DNA of 64,000 nucleotides, taken from assembly GCA_965223425.1 (NCBI GenBank), contig OZ245003.1:2272001-2336000 (forward strand), in the 5' to 3' direction. Both the position numbers and the translations under genes were made by a program. Below are positions 1 to 9,834 of the stretch, piece by piece. Each line of letters starts with the position of its first letter. Within the stretch, counting starts at the first letter, position 1. The notes under the pieces were generated by a model. It saw only the letters and a list, made by a program, of their open reading frames with translations. It had not been told where the DNA came from and ran no database searches. The DNA is from Nitrosopumilus sp. (lineage in GTDB: Archaea; Thermoproteota; Nitrososphaeria; Nitrososphaerales; Nitrosopumilaceae).

Positions 1-1
1 A

Positions 2-877
2 TACGACAATGAATTAAACATCGAGGCCCACAGAACCATTACCGCAGTAGAAATTGATCAGCAGTTGCATGAAAACGGGGACTCGCTAGAAGATTACAGA
101 ATACTTTGTTCTTTTGGAACAGGCGGCACATCTGGCGGATTAAGCAAATACATGAATGAAAAATACGGAAAGAAATCTGTGCACGTGGTATTTCCGCCCG
201 CAGGTCAAGATGTTGCAGGAATTAGAACCAAGGCCAAGGCAGATGGGCTAAAGTTATACAATCCAGACGCATATGCAGCTCAGCACGAGGTTGATTTTGG
301 GCAGGCAAAACATTTACTAAAATTCTTTGTAGACAGGGGCCACAACATTGGTGAAAGCACGGCACTTGCGTTGTATTCCATACTAGAAATGGCAAGTGAC
401 GGAGAGAAGGGAAAATTCATAGTTATAGTTGCCGATGGCATAGAAAAATACAGAAAAAATCTAGAGTCAATGTCATCCAATCAACGCATTCAGGTCTCTT
501 TAGAAGAGGCAGCATCAGGTGTCGAGGATTATGACAAAATAATATGGGTTCATACACAGTATGCCCCAAAAGAGGAAGGAATTGAGATTATTGCCAAATC
601 GTTGGGGGTGAACAAGGAAAAAATTGCAATTCCAAAAGCAAGTACCATAAATCAGTTACTGTCAACACAGCAGGTTCCAGAGGAGCTTACCAAAGAACTA
701 GACGGCTCCAAGGGTAAGGCACTGCTAATTTGCATGGCTGGAAACACATCACTTATGGCAACCAAGGTGCTTGCAAGCAAAGGAATAGTCACTGAGAGCC
801 TTAATGGCGGAATAACCAATCTGCCTGAAGGGCAAGGCAAAAATCCTGGCCAATATGTTCAGACAGCCAGGGAATAG
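2..877 (+). CDS. PLP-dependent cysteine synthase-family protein with C-terminal rhodanese-like domain (5' partial)
   Basis: Frame is open from base 2 (YDNELNIEAHRTIT...). PLP-binding loop SFGTGGTSGG, GESTALA and IVADG are present, plus rhodanese-like CMAGNTS...LNGGI. Confidence 0.8.
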   Translation, partial: YDNELNIEAHRTITAVEIDQQLHENGDSLEDYRILCSFGTGGTSGGLSKYMNEKYGKKSVHVVFPPAGQDVAGIRTKAKADGLKLYNPDAYAAQHEVDFGQAKHLLKFFVDRGHNIGESTALALYSILEMASDGEKGKFIVIVADGIEKYRKNLESMSSNQRIQVSLEEAASGVEDYDKIIWVHTQYAPKEEGIEIIAKSLGVNKEKIAIPKASTINQLLSTQQVPEELTKELDGSKGKALLICMAGNTSLMATKVLASKGIVTESLNGGITNLPEGQGKNPGQYVQTARE

Positions 878-885
878 CCATCACC

Positions 886-1341
886 TTGAAATGCCTCTCA
901 GTTTCTCAACCGTTTGCGGATTTAATCATTTCAGGCAAAAAGACTATCGAGCTGAGAAAATGGAACACAAGTTTTCGCGGAGAGTTTCTGGTTCATGCCC
1001 CATTAAAGATCAGAACAGAGGATTGCAAAAGGCTAAAGATTAACAAAAAACTTGTTACAGGCAGAATAATTGGAAAGGCCGAACTTTATGATGTAAAAAA
1101 GTACGGTTCAGCCAAAGAAGTCAAAGCAGATCAAAAATTCCATTTGGCCTCAAAAAATTTTCATGGCAACGCCTATGGGTTTGTGCTAAAGAATCAAAAA
1201 TCATTTAGAATTCCAATCCCATGCAAAGGCAAGTTAGGGTTCTTTGAGATTGACGTACCTAAGACAAAGATCAAAAACAGGGATATAGTTGCAGACATTA
1301 TTGATGAGGAGTATCGCTATCAATGGATTGGCCATCATTGA
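886..1341 (+). CDS. ASCH domain protein
   Basis: N-terminal LSVSQPFADLIISGKKTIELRKW and KGKLGFFE are ASCH signatures. Confidence 0.88.
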   Translation: MKCLSVSQPFADLIISGKKTIELRKWNTSFRGEFLVHAPLKIRTEDCKRLKINKKLVTGRIIGKAELYDVKKYGSAKEVKADQKFHLASKNFHGNAYGFVLKNQKSFRIPIPCKGKLGFFEIDVPKTKIKNRDIVADIIDEEYRYQWIGHH

Positions 1342-1373
1342 GCCAACTCTGATTTTTAGAAAAAATCTGGCCT

Positions 1374-1397
1374 AGTATATATAAAGGGCTATTTAAA
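1374..1397 (+). promoter_or_regulatory. Putative archaeal TATA box upstream of tbp
   Basis: TATATATAAA lies about 25-30 nt before the ATG at 1408, as expected for a leaderless archaeal transcript. Confidence 0.4.
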
Positions 1398-1407
1398 GTC
1401 CCATGTC

Positions 1408-1971
1408 ATGCCCCAAACAAAGCCCATTGTTAGCGTTGAAAACGTAGTTGCATCTGCATCAGTTGATCAAAAAATTGTTCTGAATGAAATTACAGAAAAG
1501 TTTCCAGACACGGAATATCATCCTGAACAGTTTCCCGGACTTGTTTTTAGGCTAAAGGCTCCCAGAACCGCAACTCTGATTTTTAGGACAGGAAAGATGG
1601 TTTGTACCGGAGCCAAATCCGAGGAGATGGCAATCAAGGCCGTAAACACAGTAGTTCAGAAACTAAGAAAGGGAAAAATCAAAATAAAAAAGGATGCAGT
1701 AATTACAGTTCAAAATATAGTTGCCGCAATCAATCTTGGCGGAAAAATTCATTTAGAAAAGGCGGCAAGAACACTACCGCGAAGCATGTACGAACCAGAA
1801 CAATTTCCAGGACTCATTCACAGAATGCTTGATCCAAAAACTGTGATATTGCTATTTGCATCAGGAAAGCTGGTGTGTACCGGGGCAAAAAAAGAGTCAG
1901 ATGTCTATCGTTCCGTTCACAACCTGCATTCGTTATTAGAAGAGAAAAATCTGATGATTTATGACCAGTAA
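1408..1971 (+). CDS. tbp: TATA-box binding protein
   Basis: Two direct repeats: ENVVAS...YHPEQFPGLVFRL...LIFRTGKMVCTGAKS and QNIVAA...YEPEQFPGLIHRM...LLFASGKLVCTGAKK. Confidence 0.98.
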   Translation: MPQTKPIVSVENVVASASVDQKIVLNEITEKFPDTEYHPEQFPGLVFRLKAPRTATLIFRTGKMVCTGAKSEEMAIKAVNTVVQKLRKGKIKIKKDAVITVQNIVAAINLGGKIHLEKAARTLPRSMYEPEQFPGLIHRMLDPKTVILLFASGKLVCTGAKKESDVYRSVHNLHSLLEEKNLMIYDQ

Positions 1972-2003
1972 TTTGAATTCAATATTTTAAAAAAAATCAG
2001 AAA

Positions 2004-2225
2004 TTGGCTGAAGATATTTTTGAAAGAGAAAAGAACAATCTGACACCTGAGACGGGATTTGATTTGGTTGGAATAGATTACTTTGCAGAGCCGGGAAACC
2101 AATTGTATGTCGTTGAACATTTTGAGATGTATCAGGATGCCTTGAATGCTAAAAAAGACAGGAAGAATCCAGAAGAGTATTTTGTTTTGTACAAGGGGAC
2201 AGGAGGGGAATTTTTCTGCAGATAA
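2004..2225 (+). CDS. Small hypothetical protein
   Basis: 73-aa ORF with host-like composition directly downstream of tbp. Confidence 0.65.
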   Translation: MAEDIFEREKNNLTPETGFDLVGIDYFAEPGNQLYVVEHFEMYQDALNAKKDRKNPEEYFVLYKGTGGEFFCR

Positions 2226-2245
2226 AGCAGAAAAATAGTTTAACT

Positions 2246-3925
2246 GTAACTATTCGGATTTGTGGAGTTGTGGGGGATTTATTTTGACAGACAAATCACG
2301 CCCCGTTATATCGTGACAGTTCAAAATCGGCAAAAACGCCGCTCAGCCCCATACATGTGTGCGCGATGTTGCGGCGTTTTAGGCACAGACACACTTTACT
2401 GCCGCAGCTTTGTCCGGACAAGCCATGGGAATCCCGTCGGTTCTGCGGCCGTCAAGGCATTCCAGGATAAAACTGTACGGGTTTGCACCGCGCATCCTGC
2501 ATGTGGCGTATATGCTTGCCAGCGTCTCTGTGATGTACATGCCCTTCTCGGATCTGCTGCCGTAGCTGACCTTGCGCATGGTGGCAAACATCCTCAGGGC
2601 CCTCTCGCTTTTGTTGTTGTGGTATTCCACGCCGTGCTCTAGAAACGTCAGCAGCTGATCCCCCTCCCTTTTGAGCCTTTTTGCGTACCTCCGGCAGTCC
2701 GCATCGTCGTATGACTGCCGTGCCAGCGCGTCTATCCTGTCCTGCAGCCTTTGTGTGACGTCTGCTGGAACCGCATTACTGTCGTACTTTTCCCGTGCGT
2801 CTATGGCATCCCTGAGTATGCCGTGCAGTCTCTTGAAGAATGTGGCAAACTCGTTACTGCAGCTCTCCTCCAGGGTCTTGTACATGTCCCTGAAATAGTG
2901 CAGCAGGCACTTTTGGTGTAGCAGGCCTACGGCACTCCATGCCAGATACGAGTCCGATATTACAATTCCGTCAAACTCACCTGCCAGTGCCTCTGCCACC
3001 TGCTTGCTGCGCGTCGATGATATGTGGTATATCACGCCGTGCGTGGAGACTAGAACCCATACCCAGTAATGCAGTCCGTTGAGAAACCATCCGGTCTCGT
3101 CCCCGTATATGGCGCGAGCCCTGTGAATCATCCCTGCAAGCAGTCCGTCGTAGACGGGCCTCATCTGGCATGCCGCCTTTTCGCACATGGAGACCAGCGT
3201 TGAACCCGGGATTTGTATCCCGTATATCATGTCAAATAGGTCAGTTATCCTTTCAAACGGTATGCCCATGCAACGCATCAGCACTACCTGGGAGATTATC
3301 GTGATTCCATACTGAGAGCCGGACAGGGTGCCGGGTATGCGTGCGGAGTGTGACGTTTTACAGTTCCTGCAGTAGCGGCGCGCCACGCTCCATCTGATGC
3401 GGCGCGCCCTGCCGTCCTGTATGTCTGTTATGTCACGGTCGTAATCGGTACTGCTGTCTGCAAGTCTGAGACCGCATCCGGGACAATATGAAATGTCTGC
3501 GTCCCTGTGATCTGTGACTGGGATGTCAGTCTTCTGTTCCCTGCCGCGCATCCCGGTATTTTTGTCGCTTTTTGGCCGCGGATATTCCTTGAATTTTCTC
3601 ACATTGTAGCTTCTTGCCTTCCTGGCCGGCTTTTGGGTTGCGGATCCTGTCCTTAGCTGCCTGTTCTCTTCTTCCAGCTGCCTGATTGTGTCATTTTGCT
3701 GCTTGATTGTATCATTTTGCTGCTTGACTTTTTCTTCCAACGACTTTCTCTCTCTTCTCTCCTGATCAAACACTGATTTGAAATGCTTAAAGAGATAGTT
3801 TGTGTCTTGGTTGTCCCAGTCTACGCGGGTAGGATCAAACTCCGCCGGCATCACATGTGTGTTCTAGCCGTGATCTTTATCTCTTTCGGCACCCCAAAAT
3901 TCACTCCAGAAATCCGAATTGTTAC
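2246..3925 (-). mobile_element. IS66-family insertion sequence (single-ORF, ISBst12-like)
   Basis: TIRs are GTAACTATTCGGATTTGTGGAG (from 2246) and its near-perfect complement ending at 3925. The 8-bp target duplication GTTTAACT lies at 2238-2245 and 3926-3933. GC content is elevated. Confidence 0.95.
2379..3854 (-). CDS. IS66 transposase (TnpC-like)
   Basis: Coiled coil, zinc finger CPGCG...CRNC, DDE motifs YGDETGW and ISDSY, QKCLLHYFR, NNKSERALR. Confidence 0.93.
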   Translation of the reverse strand: MMPAEFDPTRVDWDNQDTNYLFKHFKSVFDQERRERKSLEEKVKQQNDTIKQQNDTIRQLEEENRQLRTGSATQKPARKARSYNVRKFKEYPRPKSDKNTGMRGREQKTDIPVTDHRDADISYCPGCGLRLADSSTDYDRDITDIQDGRARRIRWSVARRYCRNCKTSHSARIPGTLSGSQYGITIISQVVLMRCMGIPFERITDLFDMIYGIQIPGSTLVSMCEKAACQMRPVYDGLLAGMIHRARAIYGDETGWFLNGLHYWVWVLVSTHGVIYHISSTRSKQVAEALAGEFDGIVISDSYLAWSAVGLLHQKCLLHYFRDMYKTLEESCSNEFATFFKRLHGILRDAIDAREKYDSNAVPADVTQRLQDRIDALARQSYDDADCRRYAKRLKREGDQLLTFLEHGVEYHNNKSERALRMFATMRKVSYGSRSEKGMYITETLASIYATCRMRGANPYSFILECLDGRRTDGIPMACPDKAAAVKCVCA

Positions 3926-3983
3926 GTTTAACTTTACTAAATTTTGCAGGCTATCTTATCATCAAGTTAAAAATTCCAAAATT

Positions 3984-4571
3984 ATGGGGACTAGAACAAA
4001 TGAACTGGTCGATACTTTATACGCAAAAGAAGACATGATAAAATCAGACCAGAATTCAAAGCAAGTTATCCGCAAGAGCCCAAAGGCAAAATATCAGATT
4101 TTTGACAAATCAGAATTTACTCGTGGAAGGGAGGTTTTAGGAGATCTGATTGTACACGGAATGGTAGCCTCAGGCGGAACCGACATAGATTGGCTTGTTG
4201 AGCACAATGGAGGCTTTGTCATCTTGGAATTCAAGGGGTTTCACAACGATAGGATCAATATTCCAAAAGGCCAAATGATTGCATATGAAAAACTGCATGA
4301 AAAACTGAATCAGTCAACAAAATGTTTTCTTTATGTCGTGGGCTGTGATGACATTGATTTTTCAAATCCGGATCCAACGATATGGGTTTTTGAGATGAGC
4401 CAATGGAGATCAGGCGCAATCCCAAAAAACACTAACGACATTTATGGTGAGTATTCAGGCAGAGAAAATAAATTCATAGTGTATCGCGAGTATATGGAAG
4501 AGATTAGTGTGGAGAAACTCAGAGAAGTAATCGATTCCCACTGGAAGGGATTTGAAGAGGTTACGCAGTGA
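3984..4571 (+). CDS. Hypothetical PD-(D/E)XK nuclease-fold protein
   Basis: TDIDWLVEHNGGFVILEFKG...GQMIAYEKL resembles the D...ExK...Q restriction-endonuclease motif. Start moved to ATG 3984 because the listed start lies inside IS66. Confidence 0.6.
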   Translation: MGTRTNELVDTLYAKEDMIKSDQNSKQVIRKSPKAKYQIFDKSEFTRGREVLGDLIVHGMVASGGTDIDWLVEHNGGFVILEFKGFHNDRINIPKGQMIAYEKLHEKLNQSTKCFLYVVGCDDIDFSNPDPTIWVFEMSQWRSGAIPKNTNDIYGEYSGRENKFIVYREYMEEISVEKLREVIDSHWKGFEEVTQ

Positions 4572-5265
4572 ATGAAAACGTATCGGATGCTGCCTCTACG
4601 CCATTATCTACCTTGATTGTATAAGTGCCAGAAGTTTCCCATCCTGCTCCACCAGCTATGGCTAATGTAGAATATCTCCCATCATTTTTTAGGGAAACCT
4701 GTTCTTTCCATACAAGCTCGTTGTTTTTATTTTCAATTGACAGAGACACGGTTCCGTCAGTATCAGATACGCCGCTAATTGAGATGATATCTTTTGCAGC
4801 ATAAGATGATAAATCAGTCTGGATTGACAGTCCGTCTGAAATCGGATTAGTTGGTGCTGTAACATTGGGGGGGTTTGTATTAGAGGCACCGCTAAAAGAG
4901 ACGGCTATTGCAATAATTACTATCAAAGCAACACTGCCAATACCTGCCATCTTTTTCAAATTTTTGGGTTTAGAATAGGTAACTCGTGGCAGTTTGGGCT
5001 GAACTGTCTGGGTGTTCTGAATGGTTGGGATTTCAGGCAGTATTACATCTGGGACTATTGGCTTTTCCTCAAGGGGGGGCGGGGTTTGAATAATTTCCGG
5101 TCTTTTTCCCAGGTGTTCTTCTGCTAGTTTTTTGACATAATTTCTTTCATAGTTACTGATGACCTCATCATTCTCACATGCCCTGCAAATTTGCTTTAAA
5201 ATGCGATCGTCTCCAAAATCCTTCTCTAAAAGGGCCTTTACGTCATCTAGTAATGGGTCAGCCAT
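4561..5265 (-). CDS. Single-pass membrane hypothetical protein
   Basis: Central hydrophobic helix IGSVALIVIIAIAVSFSG followed by a beta-rich, Ig-like C-terminus. Confidence 0.75.
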   Translation of the reverse strand: MADPLLDDVKALLEKDFGDDRILKQICRACENDEVISNYERNYVKKLAEEHLGKRPEIIQTPPPLEEKPIVPDVILPEIPTIQNTQTVQPKLPRVTYSKPKNLKKMAGIGSVALIVIIAIAVSFSGASNTNPPNVTAPTNPISDGLSIQTDLSSYAAKDIISISGVSDTDGTVSLSIENKNNELVWKEQVSLKNDGRYSTLAIAGGAGWETSGTYTIKVDNGVEAASDTFSFTA

Positions 5266-5373
5266 GTGTATTTTATCCCCTATGATTATTTATGAATAGC
5301 CTTGTTTAAGATTTCTAGTGATTTCTTTTAAAAAAAGAGTTTAAAGCCAATTTTTTAAACAAATCAAAAAAAT

Positions 5374-5550
5374 CTATTTTGAGCAGATTTTTTGGGCTTG
5401 TATAATGACTGTTCGGATATAGTCCCTTGCAGTAGAATCAGAGACCCCCATTTGTTTGGCTCTTTGATAGAGATCATTTTCTTTAGGATTTATCAGGTAA
5501 CACTTCAAAAGATAGTTTAGTCGATGGGATCTTTTTTCATCACTCTTCAT
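5374..5550 (-). CDS. Small HTH-like hypothetical protein
   Basis: MKSDEKRSHRLNYLL...AKQMGVSDSTARDYIRTV is HTH-like. The upstream extension in the ORF track overlaps the P-II region and is AT-rich noise. Confidence 0.6.
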   Translation of the reverse strand: MKSDEKRSHRLNYLLKCYLINPKENDLYQRAKQMGVSDSTARDYIRTVIIQAQKICSK

Positions 5551-5666
5551 AGTTTTACTTTTTTTTAATACTAAAAAGGTCACAGGATTATGAAATAACC
5601 TATGCATAGTATCATAGAAATTGAATAAAAACATATAATCTCTTTTAAACAATATCAAAAAAATTA

Positions 5667-6012
5667 ATGAAAATGAAACGAATTGAAGCGACCATTCAGG
5701 GAAACAAGGCAGGAGTCGTTTCTGCAGCAATCAATGATTAGTTGGAGGGCTTGCCATTCTAGAGGGAAACGGAAGAGGTTCTGGGGAAAGACAAACCATC
5801 AGAGCGGGAAGGGGGACAGATACCTTTGTAGCAGAATACAACAAAGTTGCAACGATCATTACAGTTGTAGATGACTCAAAAGTGGAAAAGGTTTCTGCAG
5901 CAATTGTAGATGCAGCTTGTACGGGAAAAGAGGAGACGGAATCATAGTTGTGTCCAATGTTGATAGCGTTCTAAATATTGCATCAAAAAAGACTGACTCT
6001 GAGGCACTCTAG
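5667..6012 (+). pseudogene. glnB: P-II nitrogen regulatory protein, two 1-bp frameshifts
   Basis: Manual translation gives MKMKRIEATIQGNKAGVVSAAIND / LVGGLAILEGNGRGSGERQTIRAGRGTDTFVAEYNKVATIITVVDDSKVEKVSAAIVDAACTGKE / GDGIIVVSNVDSVLNIASKKTDSEAL*. T-loop GRG and B-loop TG..GDG are present. Frameshifts at about 5738 and 5932. Confidence 0.88.
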
Positions 6013-6068
6013 CCATATCTTGCTCTCATCAAAGAACCAACGGCAAAATAATTTAATTGGTAATTACT

Positions 6069-6132
6069 ACTGAGAGGGCGTCACTACTCCCCTCAGTGCG
6101 GTATCCCTTTGGGGGACATATTTTTTTTTTTT
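6069..6132 (+). terminator. Hairpin(s) plus T12 run between convergent genes
   Basis: Stem ACTGAGAGGG...CCCCTCAGT at 6069-6097, a second GC-rich stem, then a poly-T run at about 6121-6132. Confidence 0.35.
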
Positions 6133-6185
6133 GAAGGGTTGATATGTATTGCAATTTGAGTATAAAAGCGAAGGATTTTGTAGAA

Positions 6186-6425
6186 TTATTGTTGTCCTTC
6201 TATGCCCATCAAGGTCAAGGTGGATCTGATTTTTGGAATTTTTCTTATCTTCCAAGTGATAGTTTCACGTAGCGCCTCAACCTGACTAGATTCTACTTTG
6301 GCTAAAACATCATATGCGCCAAACGTGCCATGTACTTCAACTACACCTTCAATTGATTTGAGTTCTGATATTACGGCTTCTTCAGAGCCCAGCTCACAGT
6401 TGATGAGAACATAAGCTGTTGCCAC
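6186..6425 (-). CDS. Lrp/AsnC ligand-binding (RAM) domain protein
   Basis: AYVLINCELG...EVHGTFGAYDVLAKV...IRKIPKIRSTLTL. Confidence 0.92.
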   Translation of the reverse strand: MATAYVLINCELGSEEAVISELKSIEGVVEVHGTFGAYDVLAKVESSQVEALRETITWKIRKIPKIRSTLTLMGIEGQQ

Positions 6426-6564
6426 TATGGTTTAACTCCTTTTTTCATATAGAAAATGTCATCTTGAATTATATAAGAATGGTCTAACTGACCTAAAAAT
6501 ATAACATGGATTTTGATTAAATACTGAACAAATGTAAAGGAATGTCTGGCAGTCTAGCAAATTT

Positions 6565-7527
6565 TTAAGAGGAATCATATGCGCTATTCATAATTTTTTC
6601 TAGTTCTTCAATATTTTTAGAAAAAGTGATTCTCAAACGCAGTTTAGAGCCTCCCTTCATGCCTTTTGTGAATCGAATTGCCTGGCTTTTGATATTGGCA
6701 AATTTGATTTTGTATTGGTTTGTCAGATGCAGATAATCAAAAAAAGAGTTCAATCTGTCTTTGAAAGAGTATTCATGATAAGAGTTGGTTTTTAGATAAT
6801 CATTTATTTGTTCAAACAAGAATGGGTTTCCCATTGCGCCACGGCCTATCATTACATAATCACAACCGGTTTTATCAATCATAGTTTTAGCATCCTCGGG
6901 AGCCGTAATATCACCATTTCCAACAACTGGAATGCGGGATATTTCTTTTAGTTCTTTTATCATGCTCCAATCTGCATTTCCAGAATATCCTTGACTGACA
7001 GTTCTAGGATGAAAAGTAATCATTTGGATTCCCTCATCTTCTGCAATTTCTGCAATCTCTCTAAAAAGGAATTTACTGGCATCAGTTACTCCGGAACGAA
7101 TTTTTAAGGTTACAGGTTTTTTTACGGCATTGACAAGAGTGTTAAAGATTTGTTGGGTGAGGTTGACTTCTTGCAAAAGAGCACCGCCGGCCATTTGTTG
7201 GGTGATGTGGGGTGCAGGGCACCCCATGTTATAATCAATAATATCAAAATACGGCTCTACAATCTTTGCAGCTTTTTCTAACGCAAGAAGATCAGAGCCA
7301 AATAATTGAACTGAAAGAGGACGTTCTTCTTCAGAGTATTCAATGAATTCTTGAATTGTTTTAGCATTTTCTCCAAGTTGCTTTTCTTTGGCAATTATAC
7401 TGTGAATGTTGGTAAATTCAGTAACAACAAGACCTGCCCCTTTTTGTTTACATTGTAGACGAAGGGCAGGATCACTTACGCCAGCCATGGGTGCTAAAAA
7501 TGCCCTACTAGAAAATTTTGGAAGCAT
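6565..7527 (-). CDS. dusB: tRNA-dihydrouridine synthase
   Basis: LAPMAGVSD, QLFGSD, DYNMGCP, TLKIRSG, HPRT, GNGDI and VMIGRGAMGNP motifs. Confidence 0.95.
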   Translation of the reverse strand: MLPKFSSRAFLAPMAGVSDPALRLQCKQKGAGLVVTEFTNIHSIIAKEKQLGENAKTIQEFIEYSEEERPLSVQLFGSDLLALEKAAKIVEPYFDIIDYNMGCPAPHITQQMAGGALLQEVNLTQQIFNTLVNAVKKPVTLKIRSGVTDASKFLFREIAEIAEDEGIQMITFHPRTVSQGYSGNADWSMIKELKEISRIPVVGNGDITAPEDAKTMIDKTGCDYVMIGRGAMGNPFLFEQINDYLKTNSYHEYSFKDRLNSFFDYLHLTNQYKIKFANIKSQAIRFTKGMKGGSKLRLRITFSKNIEELEKIMNSAYDSS

Positions 7528-7575
7528 ATGAAAAGTCCATAATTTGAATATATTTACTATGCCAAAAATTTAGGC

Positions 7576-9747
7576 TTAATTATCTGGGCAGCCGTCTGCA
7601 TCTCTGTCTCCATCATAATCTTCAGGATCAAGAGGGCACAAATCCATATCATTGATGATGCCATCTAGGTCATCATCGTGGACAAATCTCTGTTGTTCTG
7701 GAACAGAATCAGGACAGCCGTCATGATCATTGTATTTATTCCAAGTTTCAGGACTTGTTGGGCAGGAATCTACGTTATCTGTATATCCATCAGCATCAGA
7801 GTCAAGATTAGTTGGTGCAGTAGATTCTGCTCCAGGTACGTCTGGACAGCCGTCCCAGTCTAGATATCCATTGTAGTTTTCTCGCTCATCAACACACGAG
7901 TCCCATCTGTCTTCAATTCCATCACCGTCAGTGTCTGGGAATTGATATTGTGACGTAATTGCATCAACGGTGTCAGGACAGCCGTCGTCGTCTTGGAACA
8001 TGTTGTAAGTTTCAGGGTCTGACGGACATGCATCCAAAGTATCAGAGAGTCCATCTTGATCGCTGTCGACTAAAGCAGAGACGTCATCTGGACAGCCGTC
8101 TTTATCATCAACGCCGTTGAATGTTTCTGGCTGGTTTGGACACAAGTCGATATAATCGTGGATGGCATCACCATCAGAATCAGCAGCTAACTTGTTATCT
8201 GCTATAAAGTCAGGGCAGCCGTCTAGATCAAGATATCTATTGTAAGTTTCTCTAGCATCAGGACATTTGTCAACATTATTGGCAATTCCATCAAGGTCAG
8301 TATCTCCAAGTGAATCAGAAGGTATAGAGTCAGGGCAACCGTCTTCATCTTGGAATTCGTTGTATCTTTCAGCTAATGTTGGGCATTGATCCAAGTGATC
8401 TGGTATTCTGTCATAATCAGTATCAGGTAATGCAGGTTTTGAGAATCCTGGAACATCGGGACAGCCGTCTTGGTCAAGATAATCATTGTAGTTCTCTTGC
8501 TCATCAATACATGCATCCCATCTGTCATCAATTCCATCACCGTCAGTGTCTGGGAAGACATAAGATGAAACAACAGAGCCGGTTGCATCAGGACAGCCGT
8601 CACCATCTTTGAAAAAGTTGTAAGTTTCAGGTTCTAATGGACAAACATCAGAGATATTGATAATGCCATCTGCATCAGAATCGGTTGTAGAATCATAGTT
8701 ATCAGGACAGCCATCTCTGTCTTGGAAACCATTGAATGTCTCTGGCTGGTTTGGACACAAGTCTAGATTATCAACAATTCCATCAGAATCAGAGTCATAA
8801 GTAACAGGATTATCTGCAACAAAGTCAGGACAGCCGTCGTCGTCTTGGAATTTGTTATAGGTTTCTTTTGAATAAGGACAGGCGTCTAAACGATCTGAAA
8901 TTCCATCACCGTCAGAATCTCCTGTAATTGAAAGTTCAAGATTGTCTGGACAGCCGTCGTCGTCTTGGAATTTGTTAAAATTCTCACGGTCTGACGGACA
9001 GGCATCAATAGAATCTGGAATACTGTCATAATCAGAATCAATTAAACCAGAAGACATTACACCAGATACGTCTGAACAGCCGTCCCAGTCTAGATATCCA
9101 TTGTAGTTTTCCTGCTCGTCAACACATGCATCCCATCTGTCATCAATTCCATCACCGTCAGTGTCTGGGAATTGGTATTGTGGCGTAGTTGCATCAACGG
9201 TGTCTGGACAGCCGTCGTCGTCTTGGAACATGTTGTAAGTTTCAGGGTCTGACGGACATGCATCCAAAGTATCAGAGAGCCCATCTTGATCGCTGTCGAC
9301 TAAAGCAGAGACGTCATCTGGACAGCCGTCTTTATCATCAACGCCGTTGAATGTTTCTGGCTGGTTTGGACACAAGTCCAGATAATCTGGAAAGCCATCA
9401 CCGTCAGAATCGGCAATATTTTTCGTGTCATAAGATGACAAATCAGGACAGCCGTCTTCATCCTGAACTCGGTTATATGTCTCCTTTACAGTTGGACAGT
9501 TATCAACATGGTCTTGTATTCCATCGTAATCAGCATCATACCATGGAACAAAATCTGCAGGACAGCCGTCAATATCATTACCATATTGCGGATCATAATC
9601 CTCTAGAAGATGAGGGCAAAAATCAACACTATTTGGAACGCCATCACCGTCAGAATCGATTGAGTCGTTTGCATAAACACTGCTTGGTAGCATACCAATA
9701 GTAGAGGTAAGTAAAAGCAAAAATCCTAAAATGTAATGTTTTTTCAT
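7576..9747 (-). CDS. Secreted thrombospondin type-3-like (Ca-binding) repeat protein 1
   Basis: Signal peptide MKKHYILGFLLLLTSTIGMLPSSVYA, then about 17 DxDxDGxxDxxDxCP..ETYN..QDxDGCPD repeats. Confidence 0.9.
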   Translation of the reverse strand: MKKHYILGFLLLLTSTIGMLPSSVYANDSIDSDGDGVPNSVDFCPHLLEDYDPQYGNDIDGCPADFVPWYDADYDGIQDHVDNCPTVKETYNRVQDEDGCPDLSSYDTKNIADSDGDGFPDYLDLCPNQPETFNGVDDKDGCPDDVSALVDSDQDGLSDTLDACPSDPETYNMFQDDDGCPDTVDATTPQYQFPDTDGDGIDDRWDACVDEQENYNGYLDWDGCSDVSGVMSSGLIDSDYDSIPDSIDACPSDRENFNKFQDDDGCPDNLELSITGDSDGDGISDRLDACPYSKETYNKFQDDDGCPDFVADNPVTYDSDSDGIVDNLDLCPNQPETFNGFQDRDGCPDNYDSTTDSDADGIINISDVCPLEPETYNFFKDGDGCPDATGSVVSSYVFPDTDGDGIDDRWDACIDEQENYNDYLDQDGCPDVPGFSKPALPDTDYDRIPDHLDQCPTLAERYNEFQDEDGCPDSIPSDSLGDTDLDGIANNVDKCPDARETYNRYLDLDGCPDFIADNKLAADSDGDAIHDYIDLCPNQPETFNGVDDKDGCPDDVSALVDSDQDGLSDTLDACPSDPETYNMFQDDDGCPDTVDAITSQYQFPDTDGDGIEDRWDSCVDERENYNGYLDWDGCPDVPGAESTAPTNLDSDADGYTDNVDSCPTSPETWNKYNDHDGCPDSVPEQQRFVHDDDLDGIINDMDLCPLDPEDYDGDRDADGCPDN

Positions 9748-9834
9748 TCTTCCTGACTTCGCTATTATCAAGTATTTATTAAGTCTCACGTTAAATAGAT
9801 TCTTCCAGACAAATTAAAATCATAAGAAGCTAGT

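Noticed and set aside
3783-3983. N-terminal extension of ORF 3783-4571
   Set aside because: Starts inside IS66 and crosses its TIR; ATG 3984 or later is more plausible.
5683-5874. 63-aa ORF and the extension of ORF 5374-5730
   Set aside because: Off-frame shadows of the P-II pseudogene.
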